Source: a virus
Direction: 5' to 3' (one strand)
IMG/VR virus record: IMGVR_UViG_3300046779_001442
Location: 1-64,000 of that record
DNA length: 64,000 bases
In this document: one piece after another, positions 9,079 to 17,441 of the stretch
How positions within the stretch are numbered: the stretch's first letter is position 1
Layout of the letters: each line of letters begins with the position of its first letter
Notes under the pieces: generated by a model
What the model was told of the DNA's origin: nothing
The model's database searches: none
The model's input: only the letters and a program-made list of their open reading frames with translations
Made by a program: the position numbers and the translations under genes

Positions 9079-9366
9079 TCAGTAATCTTCATCCATGTCA
9101 AGCCATGCGTCAAGGTGGTGAGCCTCAATAATTGCATAGGCAGGTGCCTCTAGGCTGCCACGCCATGATACGCCTTCGGGCAGGGGAATCATACGGGAGC
9201 CTTCATCTTCATTGTAAGCATTAATAGCCTCAATACATACAGGCACCATAGATAGTGGCACAGGTGGATAGTGGTTGCCTCTCAAGTGCATACCAATTGC
9301 GTCTTCTAGTGTTAGATTAGGGAATAGGTCTTTATCAGCCAATTCCGTTGCCATGTTGCTTCCCAT
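9079..9366 (-). CDS. Hypothetical protein (HLRGNHYPPVP family)
   Basis: 95-aa ORF with AAGGG RBS. Confidence 0.8.
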   Translation of the reverse strand: MGSNMATELADKDLFPNLTLEDAIGMHLRGNHYPPVPLSMVPVCIEAINAYNEDEGSRMIPLPEGVSWRGSLEAPAYAIIEAHHLDAWLDMDEDY

Positions 9367-9371
9367 TTTCT

Positions 9372-9545
9372 TTACCCTTCTTTTGAGTCAATAATAGCAC
9401 GATAGTTACTACTTTGTCTAGTCCTTTGACGGCGTGTCCTTTTGTCAAGGTGAGTGCCACTAGCGTTACTACGCCTAATTTCTCTCATAGCCTCAGCCAT
9501 AGCAGGGTTAGCCGTTGGTCTATATTTCTTAGTCCTATCTTTCAT
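9372..9545 (-). CDS. Small Arg-rich protein, probably leaderless
   Basis: MKDRTKKYRP...IRRSNASGTHLDKRTRRQRTRQ...; TTGACA-17-TAGCCT lies 6 nt before the ATG. Confidence 0.65.
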   Translation of the reverse strand: MKDRTKKYRPTANPAMAEAMREIRRSNASGTHLDKRTRRQRTRQSSNYRAIIDSKEG

Positions 9546-9772
9546 ACCATAAGGCTATCAGAATTTAGGGGAATTGTCAAGCCCATCTTAATTGTGTTAC
9601 GTAAATGTTATCAAAACGTTATAAAGGGCTCGCCCACGCAGTCGGGCGTGTCGCCCTCCTGGTGGATCGCTTTTACTTTGGAAGTTGAAGCTTTAACTTT
9701 TCAATTTCTTTTGCTTGCATTAAATTTAAAATAAAAGAAAGAGTTAGCAGCATTGCACACACAAGAGAAATT

Positions 9773-10164
9773 TTATTTTCCTCCGCTCTTTCCATCACGA
9801 GAAAACCATCTAGTGTGCATCTTGCCACTTGGCTCCATTAAATTATATGTTGCAAATTCTTTTGCATCTCCAACATCAACACACTTTTGAAAAGTTTCTA
9901 CTGCAGAAAGTGCATCTGCAAAGTTATGGGATGACATTAGTTTTCCGTCATATGAAATAGTTAGTTGGTACATTAGTTGTCCTCTCCTTCTGAAATTTCT
10001 GCGAATACTGCGTCAATAAATTTCTGGTAGTTGAAGTTAGGGTTGTCATCTTCAAACATTCCAGCAAACTCATCAGCAATTTCTGATAGCACTAGAAAGT
10101 CAATCTCATCAACATAGTTGTTCAAGATTTGAGCGGTCTTTACATAGTCTTTACGAGTCATCAT
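9773..10164 (-). CDS. Two coupled hypothetical proteins (9773-9973, 9973-10164)
   Basis: The second gene has the MTRKDY...DNPNF motif common in phage small proteins. TAATG coupling. Confidence 0.75.
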
Positions 10165-10306
10165 TTTATTTTCTATCCTTTTCGTTTGTTTGTATTATTA
10201 GTTTAGTGTATTGGTCTGACATTTGCAAGCATTGACCACTAGCGTGTTGCCACGCATTTCAACAGTTGCGAGGGTAAAGCATGAGTCACAGAGAAAAATT
10301 TCCATA

Positions 10307-10504
10307 TTAGTTAGTCCTAACTGCGATAGTGCGATATTCTGATTTGTATCCATAGTTTGGACGAATAGTTACAAGATACGCTTCTGCATTTGAGTAGAAA
10401 ACATCATCACGCTTTTCTGCGTATTCGATAGTGCCCTCAAGAGTGCGAGAGCGGTAGTAGGTTCCCTTTAGGGCTTCTTCGATTGTATATACATTTGCTG
10501 ACAT
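10307..10504 (-). CDS. Hypothetical protein
   Basis: 65 aa with GAAAGGTG RBS. Confidence 0.75.
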   Translation of the reverse strand: MSANVYTIEEALKGTYYRSRTLEGTIEYAEKRDDVFYSNAEAYLVTIRPNYGYKSEYRTIAVRTN

Positions 10505-10554
10505 TAGTTGTCACCTTTCTTTAGTAGTTTTATTATATAACAGGGGGCTGACAT

Positions 10555-10851
10555 TTAGATAATTGAGTAATTATCTTGGTGAGCAACACACTCACCGATT
10601 TCACCATTTAGGTGGTAGTGAGTATCTAAACCCATTTCAATTTCTTTTCCGTTATCAAGAGTGATACGGACAGCATGAGCATTATGCCCATGAATCTTAG
10701 TTACTACACCATTAGCAACAGGCTTAGTGTAAAACATCTTACGGGCTAGAAAAGAACCATTAGGCTTTTCTGAACCTTCGATTTTTTTACTACCTGCACG
10801 ATTGTAGATAGCAACGGCTGAACCGATTTCAATAGTACGAAACTTTTTCAT
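10555..10851 (-). CDS. Hypothetical protein
   Basis: The likely start is MKKFRT..., following a GAAAGGAG RBS. Confidence 0.7.
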   Translation of the reverse strand: MKKFRTIEIGSAVAIYNRAGSKKIEGSEKPNGSFLARKMFYTKPVANGVVTKIHGHNAHAVRITLDNGKEIEMGLDTHYHLNGEIGECVAHQDNYSII

Positions 10852-10974
10852 TTTTAGTTCTCCTTTCAAGAGACTTTCTTTAACTTTCTAGGATAAATCC
10901 TAGCATAGGGGTCTGACAAATTGGTAGTCACAAATCGGACATTTGCCACATTTGTGATTGTGATTTAGGTCTCA

Positions 10975-11020
10975 TTTATTCGCTAGGCTCACCCGTTTTT
11001 CGGTTTATTTGCTAGGCTCA
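10975..11020 (-). repeat. Tandem TGAGCCTAGC(A/G)AATAAA pair (minigene/sRNA unit 1)
   Basis: Copies at 10975-10991 and 11004-11020, downstream of a TTGACT-17-TAGTCT promoter. Confidence 0.7.
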
Positions 11021-11193
11021 TTTTGACCTAAATTCCTCTATTTATTTATAAGATAAGACTAGCAGACATATCTCAAAAAGTCAAATCGACACGCCGTGTT
11101 TTTGGGAAATTTTTATAACAGTCTTATAACGACACGCCCGACCACGGGGGCGAGCCGATCCTGGAGCTTTTGTCAATAGGACACGCCCACCAT

Positions 11194-11672
11194 TTAGAAT
11201 GGCGGAGCGTTATCCTCTTCTCCTTGGCGGTATCCAGCAGACTTACCAATTCGGTAAGCAACATAGATAAAAACAATGTCAAGCAATAGATTGAATCCGT
11301 TATAGAACATCATTAGTTAGACTCCTGTTCGATTTTGGTTATAAAGTATTCAAACTTTGGCTTAGGCTCAACTTCATTTAGTTCAGCGATAGCCTTTACA
11401 ACCTCTTTCATAGTTTTAGCGGTAAATCCAGAGCCCTTGTGAAGAGAGCCCTGCCAGATTGAGTAAGTGATTTTCATTAGTTATCCTTTCTTTGATTTTA
11501 TTATAGACTAAACTAGGTATTCTGTCAAGTCTTCGCCAAGGTATTCCTCAGCGTCTAGGATAGGCATTAGCCCGTCATACTCGTTACAGTTAGGGCATAC
11601 ATAAGCGTAGGTTACGCCGTAGCAGTATACGCAGATTCTTTGGTCTGAATCAATCTTTCTAGTTTCGTTCAT
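11194..11672 (-). CDS. Three small hypothetical proteins (11194-11313, 11313-11477, 11508-11672)
   Basis: Manual translation gives a single-TM peptide, a 54-aa protein and a CxxC...CxxC Zn-ribbon protein, with AAAGGA RBSs or TAATG coupling. Confidence 0.65.
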
Positions 11673-11821
11673 TTTGAACTTCCTTTCTTTTAACTAAGAT
11701 AATTAAATCACATAAATTCGGGAAAGTCAAGCGACACGCCGTATATTGATTATAACAATTTGATAACGGGGCGAGCCGATTTTGATCACTTTGTCAAGCT
11801 TTCAAAACGGCGTTTCTGTTT

Positions 11822-12186
11822 TTAGATTTTGGCTTTACCAACCAAAGTTCCAGAAATAGAAAGTGCGTCACACGCAACTTTTACTGCAATTCCTGCAGGA
11901 AGTTTTTCGGGGTATGTTGCAATAAATTGTGCAACTGCACCCTTGCTAGGTAGAGAGATTACAGACACATTACCATTGAATGTTTCAAGTTTTACTTTAT
12001 ACATTAGTTAGATACCTTCCAATCAGACCAACCAGATAGGCGGTCACTGTCATAGTCCATGTACCATGACTCAATATTATTTTCACACACTTCACAGAAT
12101 GTGTAGCAAGTGTCATTGTGGAATGACTGAGCAGACTTATTAGGGACATGCTTTTCACATGTTATTGTTTTTTCTAGTGTTATCAT
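11822..12186 (-). CDS. Two coupled hypothetical proteins (11822-12004, 12004-12186)
   Basis: 60 aa each. The upstream one has C-x2-H...CEVC Zn ligands. Confidence 0.7.
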
Positions 12187-12250
12187 TTTGACAACCTTTC
12201 TTTATTAACTGATAAGACTATCCTATCAGGGGGGTCTGACAAATAGGGGC

Positions 12251-12303
12251 TTTATTTGCTAAGGCTCACTGTGATACTAGTCACATTTATTTGCTTAGGC
12301 TCA
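12251..12303 (-). repeat. Tandem TGAGCCT(A/T)AGCAAATAAA pair flanking a perfect TGTGA-N6-TCACA site (unit 2)
   Basis: Copies at 12251-12268 and 12286-12303. The palindrome TGTGA-TACTAG-TCACA lies at 12270-12285. Confidence 0.7.
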
Positions 12304-12448
12304 TTACCTTATTTATCCTTATTTAATTTTGATACGAGTATCCTAACATATAAAAGCCAAAAAGTCAAGGGACAAAACGGACATTCTTATGTGATATACA
12401 CCACATTGGGGGCGAGCCTAAGATCAGCTTTTTGTCAAGTAAGAAACG

Positions 12449-12969
12449 CTACATTTTTCTTAGCATTTCATTATAGTCTGCTAACGCTTGGGCGTATAGT
12501 TCGGGGTACTGTAGGGCAATAGCCTCTATACGCTTATCACTATTCTTCATCTCTTCATAGGTACCACCCCAATGGGCAGAGTGGTTTTCTGCTATCTCTT
12601 GTAGCATAGAGTCATAGTTCATTAGGCTACTACCACCTTTACACCATTGTCTTGGTAGTAGTATTCGCAAGGGTGTGTTTCACCTTTTGCGGTAGGGCAG
12701 TAATCTACACTACGGCTAGAAGAGTGGTTATAGATACCTTTCTCAAAGTTTTCTTTTGAGAATGAACCTCTAACTGAGTAGATGTTGTGTTCCCAACCTC
12801 TACCTGATACAGCAGAGTTAGTTACTGACTCACCACATACAGAGCAAGTACCAAACCATAGTCGGTTATCCTTACGGAAACCATCAGCAGGGTTTTCTAC
12901 TGAGAAGTTAGAACCAATTCCGTTGATACGGATTGAATCGAAGTTTTCTTTTGTTACTACTAGTGACAT
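12449..12969 (-). CDS. Two hypothetical proteins (12449-~12622, 12622-12969)
   Basis: TAATG coupling. The upstream gene has a CSVC motif and a GAAAGGA RBS. Confidence 0.7.
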
Positions 12970-13384
12970 TTTATTGTCCTTTCTTTTTATTACTATCTTT
13001 TCTTTATGTATAAAGACTAACAGACACCACTGACAAATTCAAGTGTATTTCGGGCGTGTCGCAAAAGTTTTTTATAACAATTTGATAACGGGGCAGGGGT
13101 GGCATCCACACTATCTTTTTGTCCTATTTGTCCTAAAACATGCATCGTACATATTTAAAAAATATTCAGATTTTCTCCAAATCGAAAATTTAAAATTTTT
13201 CAGATTTTGCCAGGTATAATAAATACATGGAAATTCAACGTGATGGAGATACTCCAGTTAATGATAGCTGGACTATGAAAATTTTTTCAGAAATGTGCTG
13301 TGATGGCTGCATGTGTAAGTCATCTGATGATCATAAAAAAGAAGACCAAGCTAAATAGCCTGGTCTCTTTATTTGAGCGGTATA

Positions 13385-13579
13385 TTAACGATTAGTATTA
13401 ATATAGCCATGCTCTACAAGCAAATCAAATAGCATGCCATTGACATACAATAGCTGAGGTCTCTGCTGAGAGAGAGCCTGTTCAACTTGATCGCTTGGAG
13501 CATTTTGCTGAATAGCCATTTGACGATTCATGTTGTCAATAGCCTCTGTCATGAGCTGTACGACTTCATCACGTAGCAT
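13385..13579 (-). CDS. Hypothetical protein
   Basis: 64 aa with AAGGAG RBS and a TGATATTAT -10 element. Confidence 0.7.
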   Translation of the reverse strand: MLRDEVVQLMTEAIDNMNRQMAIQQNAPSDQVEQALSQQRPQLLYVNGMLFDLLVEHGYINTNR

Positions 13580-13682
13580 ATCTGTCTCCTTTTCTACTAG
13601 TAGTTTATATATAATATCACAATTTGGAAATTAGTGCAATTTGGGACGGTACACAATCAGCGTAGCTGATCTCAAATAAGAC

Positions 13683-13892
13683 TTACCAATTACCTATAGG
13701 ACATTTCGCTTGAAGCAACGTAGTCTTTAAAGCCATAAAGCATCCACACTTCTTGCATTGATTAGTTTTAGGCCTATAGAATTCACATTGTTTGCATATG
13801 TCCAAACGCATCTCGATAAGGTCTTTATCTGAGCGTGGCTTACTAGGGTCAAATAGATCAGTAAACTTGACATCCCCTGGATTTTCTGTCAT
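13683..13892 (-). CDS. Cys-rich small protein (DUF6171-like)
   Basis: R-x2-IC-x2-C...QCKKCGCF...K...CP-x-G-x-W pattern. Confidence 0.8.
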   Translation of the reverse strand: MTENPGDVKFTDLFDPSKPRSDKDLIEMRLDICKQCEFYRPKTNQCKKCGCFMALKTTLLQAKCPIGNW

Positions 13893-13931
13893 AATGGTCT
13901 ATTTTATCATAAAACATGATATAATTTCAGT

Positions 13932-14624
13932 ATGACGATTCCTAACAGTTCAGTACGCCAACACCTAGTGGATGGCCAAAATATTATTGCTCTTACTACA
14001 GGGCCAGATGTCTATCAGCCTTTAACAGAAACAGCTTATGGCTGGTCTGTCATTAAAAATGTTCTAGAGGCAAAGGAATCAAGAGATGGTCTAGTCCTAG
14101 CAGACTTTGGTACAGGTACTGGACAATTTGCTGTTTGGGCAAAGGACACATATCCAGAAATGACAGTTAAGGCATACGACAATGATCCTGCTGTTCAAAA
14201 GTATGTGGAAGAAAATTTGGTTACACACGCTGGTCTTGCTGCAGACGCAGTAGAGCTTAGCATTATGGATGTTGCAGATATCGCAGCTACAGAGCAATTT
14301 GACGCTATCATCTCAACACCACCATTCTATGCAGATATTGTAAAAACTCTAGGAACAGTTACTCACTCACACATGGATGATCCAGAAGCTGCAGTATATG
14401 GTGGCTATAAGGGACTAGAAGTCCAAACAGTATTTTTGGATAAGGCTGTAGAAACTCTTAAGCCTGGTGGAGTTATTTTAGTTGTTCATGCACGTTCAGC
14501 AAAAGATGATATTAATGAAATGTTGGTAGATCGTGGATTCACAAATATTTCTTACACACAAGATACAAATGAATCAGACCTAATGCCAGTAGTAGATGCT
14601 GGTTTTACATTAGCTTACAAGTAA
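13932..14624 (+). CDS. HemK/PrmC-like SAM-dependent methyltransferase
   Basis: GPDVYQPLTET (cf. VLIPRPET), DFGTGTG motif I, STPPFY (cf. SNPPY), PEAAVYGGYKGL (cf. P-x2-AL-x-GG-x-DGL), LKPGG. Confidence 0.8.
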   Translation: MTIPNSSVRQHLVDGQNIIALTTGPDVYQPLTETAYGWSVIKNVLEAKESRDGLVLADFGTGTGQFAVWAKDTYPEMTVKAYDNDPAVQKYVEENLVTHAGLAADAVELSIMDVADIAATEQFDAIISTPPFYADIVKTLGTVTHSHMDDPEAAVYGGYKGLEVQTVFLDKAVETLKPGGVILVVHARSAKDDINEMLVDRGFTNISYTQDTNESDLMPVVDAGFTLAYK

Positions 14625-14642
14625 ATCCCAAAGGGTAGCAAT

Positions 14643-14672
14643 TGCTCACTAGTTATCTAGTGGGCTTTTTGC
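14643..14672 (+). terminator. Intrinsic terminator
   Basis: GCTCACTAG-TTAT-CTAGTGGGC followed by TTTTT. Confidence 0.7.
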
Positions 14673-14798
14673 TTATTTGGGGATGGAACCTCTATATCAC
14701 GCCGAACTTGTCCGCTGGACTTAAAAACCATTTTGTCGCTTCGCTTTTATCCACAAACTGTGTATAACTGTAAAAAAATAAAGTATAATTATATTATC

Positions 14799-15095
14799 AT
14801 GACAACCCTCGAAATCACTCAAATGATCATAGGTATCCTAGTTTCCGTCGGAACTTTTATTGGGCTATCAGCAGCAGGAGTGAGGTGGCTTGTAAAACAC
14901 TACTTCAACGATATAAAGCATGAGCTCAAACCTAATGGTGGCGGAAGTTTAAAAGACCAGGTTAATCGTATGGAAATACAGCATCAGGAATTTAAAAACA
15001 GACTTGACGAAGCAGATGTTCTTCGTAGAGATATGAATAAAAAAATCGACAAGATGTATGAGTTACTTATCGACTATATTGCTAATAAGAAGTAA
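14799..15095 (+). CDS. Single-TM membrane protein (holin-like, ELKPNGG family)
   Basis: N-terminal hydrophobic helix, then ELKPNGGGSLKDQVNR and a coiled coil, a pattern typical of actinophage lysis-region proteins. Confidence 0.65.
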   Translation: MTTLEITQMIIGILVSVGTFIGLSAAGVRWLVKHYFNDIKHELKPNGGGSLKDQVNRMEIQHQEFKNRLDEADVLRRDMNKKIDKMYELLIDYIANKK

Positions 15096-15292
15096 TATAT
15101 AATATATATAATATATATATAATATAAAGATATAAGATATATTCTACTTAGAGATATTATTTAATATTTAATATATATAATAGTCTACCACAGAGTTCTA
15201 TTCTTTGAGGCCAAAATTGATAAAATCTTTATAACTTTTTTATAACTCTTTTTCAAAAAGTCCTTTTTGTACAATTATGATATAATTTATAT

Positions 15293-15350
15293 GGCTAGTA
15301 TCCAGGTCTGTCTCTCATACCCACCATGCCTGGATACTAGTCCTTTTTTT
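15293..15350 (+). ncRNA. Candidate hairpin sRNA
   Basis: TGATATAAT at 15278-15286, then a 14-bp stem GGCTAGTATCCAGG/CCTGGATACTAGTC, a 22-nt C-rich loop and a T7 tail. Confidence 0.5.
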
Positions 15351-15377
15351 CATTTTATGATGTATAATTGTTATACT

Positions 15378-15767
15378 ATGGCATCACTTTATGAACCCTC
15401 AACCTTTGGCTCAGACCCAGCCATTATTAAGTGGCAGGTCGTCCGTGGCGACACAGCTGAGATTCGCATAGAATTTCTAGAACCAGATGAGACCACTTTT
15501 GTGGACACATCCTCATGGACCTATATCGCAAGTGCGTACGATCCAAGGCTTGATACTATTGATGAGCTAGACGTAACACCAGGAGAGGGCTTTGTTACTG
15601 TAACTGCAAGTGCTAATACCACAAAATTGTGGGGGACAGGCTATGGCTCAGTTATTGCAGAGCTACTTTTTGATCTTCAGGTTACAAGGGAAAATGGTAC
15701 AATATGGACACCAGTCCTTGGCAACATTGTGGTCCTAGGTGATGTTACATATGGAGGAAGTTTATGA
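15378..15767 (+). CDS. Virion structural protein (BppU-like Ig fold)
   Basis: VVRGDT...FDLQV...WTPV-x-G-x-I-x-V pattern, with paralogous motifs at 16468 and 20355. Confidence 0.6.
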   Translation: MASLYEPSTFGSDPAIIKWQVVRGDTAEIRIEFLEPDETTFVDTSSWTYIASAYDPRLDTIDELDVTPGEGFVTVTASANTTKLWGTGYGSVIAELLFDLQVTRENGTIWTPVLGNIVVLGDVTYGGSL

Positions 15768-16468
15768 CAACAATTAAGATTGTTCCTATGCCAGGAAGTC
15801 CAGGGGCACAAGGAGAGCGTGGAGAACGTGGACTACAAGGTGAGCCAGGTAGCAATGGAATGGCTGGAGCATCTGCATACCAAACAGCTATTGCACACGG
15901 ATTCAGTGGGTCAGAGTCACAATGGCTACAGTCATTGGTTGGTCCACAAGGAGCCAAAGGTGATAAAGGCGATGCAGGTGATACTGGTCTAACTGGTGCA
16001 TCTGCATACCAGTTAGCAGTTACAAATGGTTTTACTGGTTCTGAAGAGGAATGGCTAGCATCACTAAATGCAAGCCAAACATCTGGAACATATACCCCAG
16101 TACTTTCTGGAACTGGACTAATCGTTACAAACAATCAGGCAACTGGACACTACACAGTAATCAACAATATTGTTTTCTTTAGAGCAAACATTCCACTTAC
16201 GTATGTTTCAAATTTTGGAACTGGTGCATACAGTATTACACTACCATTTTCTCCTGCAGCAGATTTCATAGTTCGTGATGGAGTCATTAATGATGCTTCA
16301 ACATCAACAAAATACACACTTAGCGTACACGGAACATCTGGTAGCCCTATCGCTAGTCTAAAATATTCTGCAGGTAGCCAATTCTATGATATAGACTATA
16401 ACTCTCCTCTTGTTCTTGCAACAGGAGATACTTTTATACTTAGCGGAACATATGAGAGGCAGGCATAA
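15764..16468 (+). CDS. Collagen-like fibre protein
   Basis: Gly-X-Y triplets plus two SAYQ-x-A-x3-GF-x-G-x-E-x2-WL-x-SL repeats. Confidence 0.85.
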   Translation: MTTIKIVPMPGSPGAQGERGERGLQGEPGSNGMAGASAYQTAIAHGFSGSESQWLQSLVGPQGAKGDKGDAGDTGLTGASAYQLAVTNGFTGSEEEWLASLNASQTSGTYTPVLSGTGLIVTNNQATGHYTVINNIVFFRANIPLTYVSNFGTGAYSITLPFSPAADFIVRDGVINDASTSTKYTLSVHGTSGSPIASLKYSAGSQFYDIDYNSPLVLATGDTFILSGTYERQA

Positions 16469-16839
16469 TGGCATATCCAGCAACATACGATATTAAATAC
16501 TATAGAGGAGATACGCTAGAATTTCGTGTATATCCTAAAAATGCATCAGGTACTGCATTTGACCTAAGCACATTCAATACAGCAAAGTTTACTATTGCTG
16601 ATGCAAGAGGTGATGGCTCAACCAAGCTTACTGGATATGCAACAATGAGTGCTGAGTCATCAAATGATCTTAGCTATATCCTTTGTGCGATCCTCCCAGG
16701 TGTCGGCAATCAACTTTTACCAGACACTCAGTACGTTTATGATGTTGAAATAACAAAAACTGCAACACCATATCCATATGTATATACATTGGTTACTGGC
16801 ACAATAACAGTCACAGATCACGTTAGTGGTGCCATCTAA
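16468..16839 (+). CDS. Virion structural protein (BppU-like)
   Basis: YYRGDT...YVYDVEI...LVTGTITVT pattern. Confidence 0.65.
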   Translation: MAYPATYDIKYYRGDTLEFRVYPKNASGTAFDLSTFNTAKFTIADARGDGSTKLTGYATMSAESSNDLSYILCAILPGVGNQLLPDTQYVYDVEITKTATPYPYVYTLVTGTITVTDHVSGAI

Positions 16840-17423
16840 TGGTAGATATATCTAGCACTATTTCATCAATTGATCTTAATGTTCTTGGTGGTCCATCAAC
16901 AGTAGAGATAGCTGTAGATTATGGTCAGCGTGGTGATCGTGGTAGTTTGATTCTTTATGGAGAGGGAAAGCCATCTCTTGTGTCATTACCGCAGACACCA
17001 TCTGTATATGATATGTACATAAATCTATTACCTTCTGACGATCAGTATCAATGGGTTTATCAATATATTGCACAGCCATCTGGATATGGATGGAAGGCAC
17101 TATTTAAGCTAAATCCAAATACATATAGCTCAAACAATCAACTTTCATTTTTAAATGGTTCTACAGAAATATGGGTTCCGATTGTCTCCATTACGGGTGG
17201 AGACATTACAACTTCAAGCATTACATCTGGTAGTTTTAATGTACAGCACACAGTTGTGTCACAAAATCCAGTCGCATCTTCTATTTACGTTGGAGATATT
17301 GCCTTGTCTCCAGACGAAATCTTGGCACTACCAATAACAATCAAGGCAGCTGAGTTCATAAGTGGTGAATGGTCATTAGTATCTGAAGAAAAGATAGTAC
17401 ACCTATTCATTACTATGGTATAA
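16839..17423 (+). CDS. Putative virion protein
   Basis: 194 aa, coupled to its neighbours, with a G-x-RG-x-RGS motif. Confidence 0.7.
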   Translation: MVDISSTISSIDLNVLGGPSTVEIAVDYGQRGDRGSLILYGEGKPSLVSLPQTPSVYDMYINLLPSDDQYQWVYQYIAQPSGYGWKALFKLNPNTYSSNNQLSFLNGSTEIWVPIVSITGGDITTSSITSGSFNVQHTVVSQNPVASSIYVGDIALSPDEILALPITIKAAEFISGEWSLVSEEKIVHLFITMV

Positions 17424-17441
17424 TTTTGAGAGGGTGAAAAT

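Noticed and set aside
4623-13100. CRISPR array
   Set aside because: The repeats are only 10-30 bp and separated by 0.2-1.5 kb of coding genes rather than uniform spacers; there are no cas genes.
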